The notes under the pieces: model-generated
Seen by the model: only the letters and a program-made list of their open reading frames with translations
Database searches by the model: none
What the model was told of the DNA's origin: nothing
Shown: in pieces, positions 8,661-19,711 of the stretch
How the letters are laid out: each line of letters begins with the position of its first letter
Position numbering within the stretch: position 1 is the stretch's first letter
Assembly: GCA_036498605.1 (NCBI GenBank)
Contig: DASYFF010000096.1
Coordinates: 1 to 44,890 of the forward strand
Reading direction: 5' to 3'
Source: Acidimicrobiia bacterium
Lineage (GTDB): Bacteria > Actinomycetota > Acidimicrobiia > IMCC26256 > BP-133
Length of the DNA: 44,890 nucleotides
Made by a program: the position numbers and the translations under genes

Positions 8661-9029
8661 TCAGGATACCGCAGCCGCCGGCTCGTCCCATTCCACCCGG
8701 GGTGCGTCGGCCCACAGCCGGTCGAGGTTGTAGAAGCCTCGCGTCTCCTCGAGGAACACGTGGGCGACGAAATCGCCGTAGTCGAGCAACACCCAGGAGG
8801 CGTCCTGCAGGCCCTCCGTGCGGACGGGCCCGGGGTGGCCCTCTTCCTTCAGCTTCTTCTCGATCTCCTCGGCGATCGTGCGCACCTGGCGCACATTCCG
8901 GCCGCTGGTGATCACGAACACGTCGGTGATGCCGATGATCGGGCCGACGTCGAGGACCAGGGTGTCTGCTCCGTTCTTGGCCGCCGCCGCTTGGGCGGCC
9001 AGGATGCTGCGACTACGGGCGTCTTCCGT
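8661..9029 (-). CDS. rsfS: Ribosome silencing factor RsfS (start codon non-canonical or uncertain)
   Basis: The track ORF (8661..8921) begins at an internal GTG. The frame is open upstream and encodes TEDARSRSILAAQAAAAKNGADTLVLDVGPIIGITDVFVITSGRNVRQV..., the conserved RsfS N-terminus. There is no ATG/GTG/TTG in frame between the upstream stop and 8921. A perfect AAGGAGG lies 6 nt before ACG (9029-9027). Confidence 0.75.
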   Translation of the reverse strand, partial: TEDARSRSILAAQAAAAKNGADTLVLDVGPIIGITDVFVITSGRNVRQVRTIAEEIEKKLKEEGHPGPVRTEGLQDASWVLLDYGDFVAHVFLEETRGFYNLDRLWADAPRVEWDEPAAAVS

Positions 9030-9166
9030 GGGATTCCTCCTTGGGGACGGGGACGGGCACTGGCGACAGGACGCAAAAAGGCGCCGGGCAACCGCCCCGA
9101 CGCCAAACCTGTCGAATCACCGTCATCTGGACGCCAGTCTACCGGCCCCGTCCAGCCCGGACGCGC

Positions 9167-9799
9167 TCACGGCCGGTACAGACCGCGCTCGGCGATGATC
9201 CGGACGGCCCCCGGGGGGACGAGGCCGTCCAGCGGCCAACCCCTGGCCGCCCGGGCCCGCAGGCCGGTGGACGACACATCGAGGCGGGGGATCGCCACCC
9301 GGTCGCAGTGCCACCCCTCCGGCAGCCGGTCGTCGGGCACCCGCCTTCCGGGGGCGGCCGCCGGGCCCGGCTCGGCGTCGGGGTCGGCCCGGTCCACGAC
9401 CACGAGCCGGGCGAGCCCCGGCAGGCGCTCGATCCCGACCCACGACCCCATGGTGGCGGCCACGTCGGCACCCACGATGAGGAACAGCGAGCGATCCGGC
9501 GCCGAGAGGGCTTCCAGAGTCTGGTAGGTATAGCTCGGGCCGTCGCGCTCGACCTCCAGCGGCGAGACCTCGAGCCCCTCGATTCCTTCGACGGCTGCCG
9601 CCACCATGGCCAGCCGGTCGGTGGCCGGGGCGGTCACGCTGCTCCGCTTCTGCCACGGGTCGCCGGCCGGGACCAGGACCACCCGGTCGAGGTCGAGCGC
9701 CCGCCGGGCCTCGACGGCGGCGACGATGTGGGCGACATGAACGGGGTCGAACGTCCCCCCGAAGACACCCAACCGCTCCGACCCGTCCGAAGTATTCAC
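9167..9799 (-). CDS. nadD: Nicotinate-nucleotide adenylyltransferase
   Basis: Track ORF 9167..9859; preferred start is GTG 9799. Nucleotidyltransferase motif GVFGGTFDPVHVAHI and C-terminal VSSTGLR motif. Confidence 0.85.
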   Translation of the reverse strand: MNTSDGSERLGVFGGTFDPVHVAHIVAAVEARRALDLDRVVLVPAGDPWQKRSSVTAPATDRLAMVAAAVEGIEGLEVSPLEVERDGPSYTYQTLEALSAPDRSLFLIVGADVAATMGSWVGIERLPGLARLVVVDRADPDAEPGPAAAPGRRVPDDRLPEGWHCDRVAIPRLDVSSTGLRARAARGWPLDGLVPPGAVRIIAERGLYRP

Positions 9800-9846
9800 A
9801 GTGCCGCGGCAGCCTACGGGCCCGCCGCCCTCGGTAAGGTGCCGGG

Positions 9847-10545
9847 ATGGCCACCGCACACGTCCTCGTCCGGGTGTGGCTCCCCGACCGGCCCGGGGCC
9901 CTGGGGCAGGTCGCCTCCCGGATCGGCTCGGTGCGGGGCGACATCGTGGGGGTCGACGTGCTGGAGTGCGACGGCGGCGTGGCCATCGACGAGTTCGCCG
10001 TCAACCTGGCCGAGGCCGAGTTGGTGCCCATGCTGGTACGGGAGATCGAAGAGGTCGACGGTGCGTCCGTCGAGGAGGTCCGGGTCGTCAACCACTTCCC
10101 CGACCCCCGCCTCGATGCTCTGGAATCGGCCACCCGGCTCTGCCAGGTGGGCAGCGTCAAGGAGCTCCACGACGCCCTCGTCGACCAGGTCCGCAAGGAG
10201 TTCCTGGCCGAATGGGCGGCCCTCGTCGTGGGCGTCGGCCCCGAGGAGGGCCACGCCGGCGGCAACGGGGCCGACAGCGGCACCGCGGCGGTGGCCGCCA
10301 TCGCCGGCGACGCCCCCTCCGCGGACCACTTGGAGGCGCTGGCCCTCGGCGTGGCCGCCTCCCCGCTGGTGGCCAGCGGTGCGGCCGGTCCCGAGGACCT
10401 CGCCGCCGCCCCCCTGACCGCCCACCGCGCCGTCCTGCTGGCCAGCCGCAGCGGTTACGCCCTACGGGAACGGGAGCGCGGCCAGTTGATCGCCCTCGGC
10501 CGGATCGCCGACCGGCTCTGGACGCTCCTGGGCCCCACGCTCTGA
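9847..10545 (+). CDS. ACT domain-containing protein with uncharacterised (possibly GAF-like) C-terminal half
   Basis: 232 aa. N-terminal ACT pattern VLVRVWLPDRPGALGQVASRIGSVRGDIVGVDVLE. Divergent from nadD with a 47-nt spacer. Confidence 0.65.
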   Translation: MATAHVLVRVWLPDRPGALGQVASRIGSVRGDIVGVDVLECDGGVAIDEFAVNLAEAELVPMLVREIEEVDGASVEEVRVVNHFPDPRLDALESATRLCQVGSVKELHDALVDQVRKEFLAEWAALVVGVGPEEGHAGGNGADSGTAAVAAIAGDAPSADHLEALALGVAASPLVASGAAGPEDLAAAPLTAHRAVLLASRSGYALRERERGQLIALGRIADRLWTLLGPTL

Positions 10546-10633
10546 AGGACCGACGGCGCAGGAACGCCCGGAGAGGGGGCGAACCTGCTGCCGGTTGGCT
10601 CCCGACGCGGCTGTCAGGCGCCGGTGCCCGCCA

Positions 10634-12455
<1,822 letters not shown>

Positions 12456-12460
12456 GAACT

Positions 12461-12604
12461 CTAGTGATCCTCGGAAGGGAGTTCTGCACCGCACCGCTCG
12501 CAGCGCTCGGCGGCCCGGTCGTCGGGGACGGCGCCGCACTCCGGGCAGAGGAGATGGGCCCAGCAGACCGGGTCGCCGCCGGGCCCGACCTCCGGATCGG
12601 ACAT
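12461..12604 (-). CDS. Small zinc-ribbon protein (CxxC...CxxC), hypothetical
   Basis: 47 aa, MSDPEVGPGGDPVCWAHLLCPECGAVPDDRAAERCERCGAELPSEDH. High GC3. GGAGG lies upstream. It could alternatively start at GTG 12694, which overlaps the VWA stop (GTGA). It is the last gene after moxR-VWA. Confidence 0.55.
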   Translation of the reverse strand: MSDPEVGPGGDPVCWAHLLCPECGAVPDDRAAERCERCGAELPSEDH

Positions 12605-12690
12605 CGGCTCGCCGGGCCCTCCTCGCACCTCAACGACCTCCGGGACCGCCCCACTCAACCCTTCCGGCCCGGGGTCGCTTCGGCGCTCGG

Positions 12691-14148
12691 TCACGACTCG
12701 ATCACCGCCTCGACGAAGCGCTCCAGCTGGCGGAGGTTGCGACATTCGTAGACCCCGTCGCAGTGCTGGGCGTAGTCGCCGATGACCGAGTCGCCGGTGT
12801 TCCAGTAGGCCGCCGGCTCGGGGTCGATCCAGTACAGGTGGCGGGCCCGCTTGCGCAGCTCGGCCAGCACCCACGACTGGCTGGCGTGGTAGTTGTTCCG
12901 GGCGTCGCCGAGGACGATCACCGACGTCTTCGGGGTCACCTCGTTGCCCCACTTCTGGTGGAACACCTCGAACGCATGGCCGTAATCGGAGTGCCCGTCG
13001 ACCCAGACGACGTCGGCCTCGGTGTTGATCCGCTTCACGGCGTCGCCGAGGTCGGCGTTGCCCTCGAAGAAGCGGGTCACCTCGTCGATCCCGTCGATGA
13101 ACACGAAGCTGCGCACCCGGGAGAACTGGCTCGACAGGGCGTGCACCAGCTGGAGGGTGAAGCGGGCGAAGCTGGCCACGGACCCCGAGATGTCGGCCAC
13201 GACCATGATCTCCGGCTTGGACGGGTGGGGCCGGCGGAAGCGGGGGTCGGCCGGCACGCCGCCGTAGGCCAGCGAGTGGCGGACGGTGCTGCGGAAGTCG
13301 AGCTGGCCCCGGTGGTGGCGCCGCCGCCGCATGGCCAGCCGGGCGGCCAGGGCCCGGGCCAGGGGGCCGATGGCCCGCTGGAGGGCGGCCATCTCGTCCC
13401 GGGAGGCGTGCATGAACTCGACGTCCTCGGGGAGCTTGGCCCGCAGGCTCCGGGCCATGGCCTGGGGACCGCGGTCGGCCACGAGGCGCCGGCGGATCTC
13501 GGCCTCGACCTCCTCCCGCAGCCGCTGGATCCGGCCCGCCAGCTCCTCCCGGGCCAGTCGCTCCTCCAGCTCGTCGGCGAAGCCGCCCCGCTCGGCCGCC
13601 AGCTGCTCCAGGAGCCGATCCAGGAGGCTGTCGAGGTCGAGGGCCCGCAGCGTGCGGTAGAGGTAGTAGGTGCCGCCCACCGGCCGGCCCGGCTCCATCC
13701 CGGCGTGGCGGGTGACGGCGGCGGCGGCGAAGGCCCGCAGGGCGTCGGGGTCGAGGATGGCCCGCATCAGCATGGCCATCAGCTCCTCGGGCGAGGCGTC
13801 GCCGCCCGCTCCCCCGCCGGGCAGCATCCCGGGGATGGGGACGCCGCCGCCGGAGCGGCCGCCACCCGGCCCGTCCTCGTCGTCGTCGTCGAAGGCGAAG
13901 GGCTGGAGGGCGAAGTACACGTCGAAGAGGATGTTGAAGACTTTCTCGTGGTCGGCGTGTTTGACCAGCGTGGTCTGCAGCGCCGTCTTGAAGGTGGCCC
14001 GGTCCTCGATCGGGATGTGCTCCAGGGCCCGCATGGCGTCGAGGTTCTCGGTCATCGACACCGGCAACCCGGCGGCCCGCAGCTCGTGGACGAAGCCCGA
14101 CAGCAGGTCGAGCATGCGCCCCGGCGCCGGCACCTCCACCGCGGTCAT
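12691..14148 (-). CDS. VWA domain-containing CoxE-like protein
   Basis: 485 aa. CoxE-type N-terminus (LLSGFVHELRAAGLPVSMTENLDAMRAL) and MIDAS motif MVVADISGSV in the C-terminal VWA domain. Lies 5 nt downstream of the MoxR ATPase gene. Confidence 0.85.
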   Translation of the reverse strand: MTAVEVPAPGRMLDLLSGFVHELRAAGLPVSMTENLDAMRALEHIPIEDRATFKTALQTTLVKHADHEKVFNILFDVYFALQPFAFDDDDEDGPGGGRSGGGVPIPGMLPGGGAGGDASPEELMAMLMRAILDPDALRAFAAAAVTRHAGMEPGRPVGGTYYLYRTLRALDLDSLLDRLLEQLAAERGGFADELEERLAREELAGRIQRLREEVEAEIRRRLVADRGPQAMARSLRAKLPEDVEFMHASRDEMAALQRAIGPLARALAARLAMRRRRHHRGQLDFRSTVRHSLAYGGVPADPRFRRPHPSKPEIMVVADISGSVASFARFTLQLVHALSSQFSRVRSFVFIDGIDEVTRFFEGNADLGDAVKRINTEADVVWVDGHSDYGHAFEVFHQKWGNEVTPKTSVIVLGDARNNYHASQSWVLAELRKRARHLYWIDPEPAAYWNTGDSVIGDYAQHCDGVYECRNLRQLERFVEAVIES

Positions 14149-14153
14149 CGCCC

Positions 14154-15026
14154 CTAGGCCTCCGCGACCTTCAGCTCCTTGTTGGCCCGCTCGATGTCGC
14201 GCTGGTACTTGAGCAGCACGTGGAGGGTGCCGCCGACGACGTCGGGCGTGACCTTCTCCACCCCGAGATGCATGAGGGTGCGGGCCCAGTCGATCGTCTC
14301 CGAGATCGACGGCGCCTTCTTCAGGTCGAGGGCCCGGATGGAGCGCACGACCCGGGCGATCTGGTCGGCGAGGGTGGCGTCGATGCCCGGCACCCGCACC
14401 CGCACGATGTCCTGCTCCCGCTCGGCGTCGGGGTAGTCGAGGTGGAGGAAGAGGCAGCGCCGCTTGAGGGCCTCCGACAGCTCCCGGGTGTTGTTGGAGG
14501 TGAGGACCACGATCGGCCGCCGCACGGCGGTGATCGTGCCCAGCTCCGGCACCGACACCTGGAAGTCACTCAGCACCTCGAGCAGCAGCGCCTCGGTCTC
14601 GATCTCGACCCGGTCGACCTCGTCGATCAGCAGCACCACCGGCTCGTCGGCCCGGATGGCCTCCAGGAGCGGCCGGGTGAGGAGGAACTGCTCGGAGAAG
14701 ATGTCGGACTCGACGGTCTCCCAGTCCCGCTCGTGCTCCCGGTCGGCCTGGATCCGCAGCAGCTGCTTCTTGTAGTTCCACTCGTAGAGGGCCTTGGACT
14801 CGTCGAGGCCCTCGTAGCACTGCAGCCGGATCAGCCGGGAGCCGGTGCTGGCGGCGATGGCCTTGGCCAGCTCGGTCTTGCCGACCCCGGCCCGGCCCTC
14901 GACGAGTACGGGCTTCTCCAGCCGGTCGGCCAGGAAGACGACCCCGGCGGTGGAAGGGTCGGCCAGGTAGTCGACGCTCCGGAGCGCCTCCTGGACGGCA
15001 TCGACGGAGGTGAAGCGCTCGGCCAT
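14154..15026 (-). CDS. MoxR/CoxD-like AAA+ ATPase
   Basis: 290 aa. Walker A GRAGVGKTELAKAIA, Walker B VVLLIDEVDR, and QCYEGLDESKALYEWNY, which is typical of the CoxD/MoxR subfamily. Confidence 0.9.
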   Translation of the reverse strand: MAERFTSVDAVQEALRSVDYLADPSTAGVVFLADRLEKPVLVEGRAGVGKTELAKAIAASTGSRLIRLQCYEGLDESKALYEWNYKKQLLRIQADREHERDWETVESDIFSEQFLLTRPLLEAIRADEPVVLLIDEVDRVEIETEALLLEVLSDFQVSVPELGTITAVRRPIVVLTSNNTRELSEALKRRCLFLHLDYPDAEREQDIVRVRVPGIDATLADQIARVVRSIRALDLKKAPSISETIDWARTLMHLGVEKVTPDVVGGTLHVLLKYQRDIERANKELKVAEA

Positions 15027-15110
15027 CAGGTGGTTCCGCCTTTCGAGGGTGCGGACCGGTGAGTTCTGTCGGGGGAGGCTGGTGAAGCTCCCAAGGGTTG
15101 CGTGATGATA

Positions 15111-16370
15111 CTAACCCCTGATCTGGCCGTCGCCCCACACGACGTACTTGTAGGTCGTCAGCTCCCGCAGGGCCATGGGCCCCCGGGCGTGGAGCTTCTG
15201 GGTCGAGATGCCGATCTCGGCCCCGAAGCCGAACTCCTCCCCGTCGGTGAAGCGGGTCGAGGCGTTGACGGTGACGGTGCCGGAGTCGACGGCGGCCACG
15301 AAGCGGCGGGCGGCGGCGACGTCGTCGGTGACGATGGCCTCGGTGTGGCCGGTGCCGAAGCGGTTGACGTGGGCGATGGCCGCCTCCACGTCGGGCACCA
15401 CGGCCACCGACATCTTGAGGCCCAGGAACTCCCGGCCGAAGTCGTCGTCGGTCGCCGCCCCCATGCCGGGGACGAGCAGGCGTGCGGCCTCGTCGCCGAC
15501 GAGCTCGACGCCGGCGCCCTGCAGGGCCTGCGCCGCCCGGGGCAGGAAGGTGCCGGCCACCGCGGTGTGGACGAGAAGCGACTCGGCGGCGTTGCAGACG
15601 CTGGGCCGCTGGGTCTTGGCGTTGACGACGATGTCGAGGGCCCGGTCGAGGTTGGCGGCGACGTCGACGTAGACGTGGCAGTTGCCGTCGCCGTCGATGA
15701 CGTAGGGGACCTTGGCGTTGTCGAGGATCGACTGCACGAGGGACGGGCCGCCCCGGGGGATGAGGCAGTCGACGTAGCCGGTGAGCTGCATGAGCCCGAC
15801 GGCGGTCTCGTGGGAGACGTCCTCCACCAGGATGACGGAGTCCTCCGGCAGGCCGGCCTTGCCCGCCCCCTCCCGGAGCAGCGCCGCCACCGCCTGGTTG
15901 GACCGCAGCGCCGTCGACGAGCCCCGCAGCAGGGCGGCGTTGCCCGACTTGAGGCAGAGACCGGCGGCGTCGCTGGTCACGTTGGGCCGGTTCTCGTAGA
16001 TGATCGCCACCACGCCGAGGGGCACCCGGACCCGGGAGATCTCCAGCCCGTTGGGCCGCTTCCAACCGTCAAGCACCTCGCCCACCGGGTCGGGCAGCGA
16101 GGCCACCTTCCGCAGGCCGTTGGCCATCCCGGTCAGCCGGACCTCGGTCAGGCGGAGCCGGTCGAGGGGGCCGGATTCCATCCCCCCGGCGGCGGCCGCC
16201 TCGATGTCGGCGGCGTTGGCGGCGAGGACCTCGGCACTGCGCTGCTCGAGCAGGTCGGCGGCGGCGGTCAGCGCCTCGTCCTTGGCGGCGGTGGAGGCGG
16301 TGGCCAGCATCCGGGAGGCGGCCTTGGCCCGCCGCCCGAGCTCCGTGACCTGCGAGTTTGTTTGCCCCAT
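15111..16370 (-). CDS. proA: Gamma-glutamyl phosphate reductase
   Basis: Track ORF 15111..16511; preferred start is ATG 16370 ([19 protein letters not shown]...). ProA motifs [32 protein letters not shown]. Confidence 0.92.
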   Translation of the reverse strand: MGQTNSQVTELGRRAKAASRMLATASTAAKDEALTAAADLLEQRSAEVLAANAADIEAAAAGGMESGPLDRLRLTEVRLTGMANGLRKVASLPDPVGEVLDGWKRPNGLEISRVRVPLGVVAIIYENRPNVTSDAAGLCLKSGNAALLRGSSTALRSNQAVAALLREGAGKAGLPEDSVILVEDVSHETAVGLMQLTGYVDCLIPRGGPSLVQSILDNAKVPYVIDGDGNCHVYVDVAANLDRALDIVVNAKTQRPSVCNAAESLLVHTAVAGTFLPRAAQALQGAGVELVGDEAARLLVPGMGAATDDDFGREFLGLKMSVAVVPDVEAAIAHVNRFGTGHTEAIVTDDVAAARRFVAAVDSGTVTVNASTRFTDGEEFGFGAEIGISTQKLHARGPMALRELTTYKYVVWGDGQIRG

Positions 16371-16631
16371 GGGCCCAATCCTACCGGTGAGGCCGGCCTG
16401 GCACGCCGGGCCGGGTACCTGTGCACAGGCTGAGACAGCGGGCCGAAAATGCGACGGCGCCCGGGCGGGGTGCGACGCTAGTGTGAGCGCCGCTGGGGGC
16501 GAATGCGACATTGCATTTCTTCCTCCCGGCCCGTTGGGGACGATCCCGGCAGAGTTGCTGTCGGATGCTTCAGGTTTTCCGGCGGTCGTGCGACGGTAGG
16601 CCCCGCATCCGAGCGGGAGGACTGGGGAACG

Positions 16632-17015
16632 ATGGATCCGGGGATGCGCTGGAGGCTTTCGCAGGGGGACCCCCTCACCCTGCCGCGGGAGCGCACGACC
16701 GATCCCCTCTCCACCGTCCTCGGTTCACTCGTCGGCACCTTCGCCGTCGTCACCACGGTCTGGATGGTGGTCCTCGGCTTCGTCGGCGGCACCGTGCCCG
16801 TGGCCGGCTGGCATCTCTCCGGCGGCCCCGGAAGCGGCCTGGCCTGGCTGATGGTGGTGGCCAGCCTCGGGGTCGTCGTCCTGTGGCTCGCGCCGCTGCT
16901 GCTGTCGCTGGCGGTCTACGAGGCGCTGTCGCGACTCACCCCGGCACTGGTCGGGGTGGCCAAGCGCCCGACACGGCGCACCCACCCCGGCAACCCGATC
17001 TCCCGGGCCGCCTGA
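16632..17015 (+). CDS. Small integral membrane protein, hypothetical
   Basis: Track ORF 16503..17015; preferred start is ATG 16632 (MDPGMRW...). Two to three hydrophobic helices and very high GC3. Opposite strand to the flanking proA and proB. Confidence 0.55.
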   Translation: MDPGMRWRLSQGDPLTLPRERTTDPLSTVLGSLVGTFAVVTTVWMVVLGFVGGTVPVAGWHLSGGPGSGLAWLMVVASLGVVVLWLAPLLLSLAVYEALSRLTPALVGVAKRPTRRTHPGNPISRAA

Positions 17016-17028
17016 CCCGCCCCCCTCC

Positions 17029-18117
17029 CTAGGAGGGGAGCACCACCAGGTCGTCGCGGTGGATCACCTCGTGCGGCGCGCCCTCGGGCAGGTCGCCGGT
17101 CCGTGAGCCGGCCAGCTCGGCCAGGGCGACCGAGCTGTAGCGGACGAGGCCTTTGGCGAACGGCCGCCCGTCGGGGCCGATGACCTCGACGGCGTCGTCG
17201 GCGTCGAAGCTGCCCTCCACCGACCGCACCCCGGCCGGGAGCAGCGACCGGCCCGACTCCACCAGCGCCCGCCGGGCGCCGTCGTCGACGACGAGCCGGC
17301 CGTGGGCCCCCTGGGCGAAGGCGATCCACAGCTTGCGGCTGCTGAGCCGCTTGGCCCGGGGCCGCACCACCGTCCCCACCGGCTCCTCCGCGACGGCCCG
17401 GGGAATCACACCGGGAACGGAGGCGGCGGCGATGACGGACCGCACCCCCGACCAGGCGGCGATCTTGGCCGCCTGGAGCTTGGAGGCCATCCCGCCACTC
17501 CCCCGCTCGCTGCCGCCCACCCCGGCCACGGCCTCGAGGGCGGCGTCGACCTCGGCGATCTCCTCGATGAGAGTGGCGGCCTCGTCGACCCGGGGGTCGG
17601 CGGTCATGACACCCGACGTGTCGGTCAGCAGGAGGAGCAGGTCGGCGCCGACGAGGTGGGCGACGAGGGCGGCGAGGCGGTCGTTGTCGCCGTAGCGGAT
17701 CTCGTCGTCGGCCACGGTGTCGTTCTCGTTGACGATCGGCACCGCGCCGAGGTCGAGGAGCCGCCGCAGCGTCTGGCGGGCGTGGAGGTACTGCGTGCGA
17801 TGGATGAAGTCGTAGGGGGTGAGCAGGACCTGGCCGGCCAGGAGGCCGTGGGTGGAGAGGATGGCGCAGAACCGCTCCATGAGGCGGGGCTGACCGATGG
17901 CGGCGATGGCCTGCAGCGTGCCGACGTCGGTCGGCCGGCGGTCGAGGCCCAGCGCGGGGAGGCCGGCGGCGATGGCCCCCGACGAGACGAGGACGACCTC
18001 GTGGCCGGCGGCCCGCACGGCGGCGATCTCGGCGCAGAGCTTGATGATGGGCTCCGCCACCACCTCGCCGGTCTCGTCGGTCAGCGAGCTGGTGCCGACC
18101 TTGACGACGACGATCAC
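17029..18117 (-). CDS. proB: Glutamate 5-kinase (with PUA domain)
   Basis: 362 aa, GTG start overlapping the obg stop (GTGA). MIVVVKVGTSSLTDE..., VLVSSGAIAAG, and a C-terminal PUA-like segment. Confidence 0.93.
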   Translation of the reverse strand: MIVVVKVGTSSLTDETGEVVAEPIIKLCAEIAAVRAAGHEVVLVSSGAIAAGLPALGLDRRPTDVGTLQAIAAIGQPRLMERFCAILSTHGLLAGQVLLTPYDFIHRTQYLHARQTLRRLLDLGAVPIVNENDTVADDEIRYGDNDRLAALVAHLVGADLLLLLTDTSGVMTADPRVDEAATLIEEIAEVDAALEAVAGVGGSERGSGGMASKLQAAKIAAWSGVRSVIAAASVPGVIPRAVAEEPVGTVVRPRAKRLSSRKLWIAFAQGAHGRLVVDDGARRALVESGRSLLPAGVRSVEGSFDADDAVEVIGPDGRPFAKGLVRYSSVALAELAGSRTGDLPEGAPHEVIHRDDLVVLPS

Positions 18118-19397
18118 GCCTGGTTCCGCTCCGGCGCGGGTTCCTCGACGGTGACCTCGGCGCCCGGCTCGTGGTACTCGAGTTCGATTGCGGCGATGCG
18201 GACGGTGTCGCCGTGGCGGGCCCCCGCCCGGGCCAGGGCCCGGTCGACACCCAGGCGGCGGAACCGGTCCTGCACGTAGGCCAGCGCCTCGGGGTTGGTG
18301 AGGTCGGCCATGGCCACCACCCGCTCCGCCAGGCGGCCGGCGACCCGGAAGGCGCCGTCGTCGTCGCGCTTGACGGAAAAGCCCTCCTCGGCCGGCCGGT
18401 GCACCACGAACGACTCGACCTCGCCCTCGGACTCCCTCGCCTCGGCGACGAGGCGGCTGACGGCCCCGAGGAACGGCCCGAGCCCGTCCCGGGTGACGGC
18501 CGAGATCCGCAGGCCCTCGTACCCGACGTCCGGGGAGGCCACATCGGCCTTGGTGCCCACCACCAGCCGGGGCCGTTCCAGCAGCGCCGGCTCGTGGCGG
18601 CCCAGCTCCTCGAGGAGGATCCGTTCCTGGTCGGCCGGGCCGCGACCCTCCATCGAGGCCAGGTCGAGGAGCACCACGAGCACCCGGGCCCGCTCGACGT
18701 GGCGGAGAAACTGATGCCCCAATCCCCGGCCCTCCGAGGCGCCCTCGATGAGGCCGGGGATGTCGGCCACCACGAACTCGGTGTCGCCGGTGCGGACGAC
18801 GCCCAGGTTGGGCACCAGCGTGGTGAACGGATAGTCGGCGATCTTCGGCTTGGCGGCCGAGATCACGGAGATGAGGGTCGACTTCCCGGCGTTGGGGAAC
18901 CCCACGAGCGCGACGTCGGCGATGAGCCGTAGCTCGAGCCGCAGCCAGCGTTCCTCGCCGTACTCGCCCTGCTCGGCGAAGCCCGGCGCCCGGCGCGAGT
19001 TCGACAGGAAGTGGGCGTTGCCCCGCCCGCCCCGCCCGCCCCGGGCGGCCAGCACCCGGTCACCCGTCCGCACCAGGTCGGCGAGGACGGCGCCGTCGCG
19101 GTCGCGGACGATCGTGCCCTCGGGGACGGGCACGACGAGATCGGCTCCGGTGGCGCCGGTGCGCTTGTTCCCCGAGCCGTGGGTGCCGGAGGCGGCGCGG
19201 CGGTGGGGATGGTCCCGGAAGGCGATGAGCGAGGCCACGTTGCGGTCGGCGACCAGCCACACGTCGCCGCCCTTGCCGCCGTCGCCGCCGTCGGGCCCAC
19301 CCCGGTCGACGTAGGGCTCCCGGCGGAAGGCGACCGCGCCGGCCCCGCCGTCGCCGCCCCGCAGATTGGCCATCGCCTCGTCCGTGAAATCAGACAT
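18114..19397 (-). CDS. obg: GTPase Obg/CgtA
   Basis: 427 aa. Gly-rich Obg fold (GGDGGAGAVAFRRE...GGPDGGDGGKGGDV), G1 GFPNAGKST, G3 DIPGLIEGA, and a C-terminal Obg_CT domain. Confidence 0.95.
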   Translation of the reverse strand: MSDFTDEAMANLRGGDGGAGAVAFRREPYVDRGGPDGGDGGKGGDVWLVADRNVASLIAFRDHPHRRAASGTHGSGNKRTGATGADLVVPVPEGTIVRDRDGAVLADLVRTGDRVLAARGGRGGRGNAHFLSNSRRAPGFAEQGEYGEERWLRLELRLIADVALVGFPNAGKSTLISVISAAKPKIADYPFTTLVPNLGVVRTGDTEFVVADIPGLIEGASEGRGLGHQFLRHVERARVLVVLLDLASMEGRGPADQERILLEELGRHEPALLERPRLVVGTKADVASPDVGYEGLRISAVTRDGLGPFLGAVSRLVAEARESEGEVESFVVHRPAEEGFSVKRDDDGAFRVAGRLAERVVAMADLTNPEALAYVQDRFRRLGVDRALARAGARHGDTVRIAAIELEYHEPGAEVTVEEPAPERNQA

Positions 19398-19445
19398 CTC
19401 GATTCCTCAGGCGGCCCCGCCGCCCCGGACGAAGCGCGCCAGCCG

Positions 19446-19700
19446 TTACTCCGCCGGCAGTACGTCGACGAGCCGGCGGCCGCGCCGGCTGCCGAACTTG
19501 ACCTTGCCGTCGGCGGTGGCGAACAGCGTGTCGTCGCCACCCCGGCCGACGTTGTCGCCGGGGTGGAACTTGGTGCCCCGCTGGCGGACGATGATCGAGC
19601 CGGCACTCACGACGGTGCCGTCGAAGACCTTCACGCCGAGCCGCTGGGCGGTGGAGTCACGCCCGTTGCGGGAGGTGCCGGAACCCTTCTTCTTCGACAT
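19446..19700 (-). CDS. rpmA: 50S ribosomal protein L27
   Basis: 84 aa, [28 protein letters not shown]...[13 protein letters not shown]. Confidence 0.97.
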   Translation of the reverse strand: MSKKKGSGTSRNGRDSTAQRLGVKVFDGTVVSAGSIIVRQRGTKFHPGDNVGRGGDDTLFATADGKVKFGSRRGRRLVDVLPAE

Positions 19701-19711
19701 GGTGAGACCCT

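Noticed and set aside
9073-9098. Weak hairpin followed by a T5 run on the minus strand in the nadD-rsfS spacer (possible intrinsic terminator). A 37-codon ORF (9013..9126, minus) also overlaps the rsfS SD.
   Set aside because: The stem is only about 4 bp (GGCG/CGCC) with a long loop. The small ORF has clearly lower GC3 than real genes here and no recognisable features.
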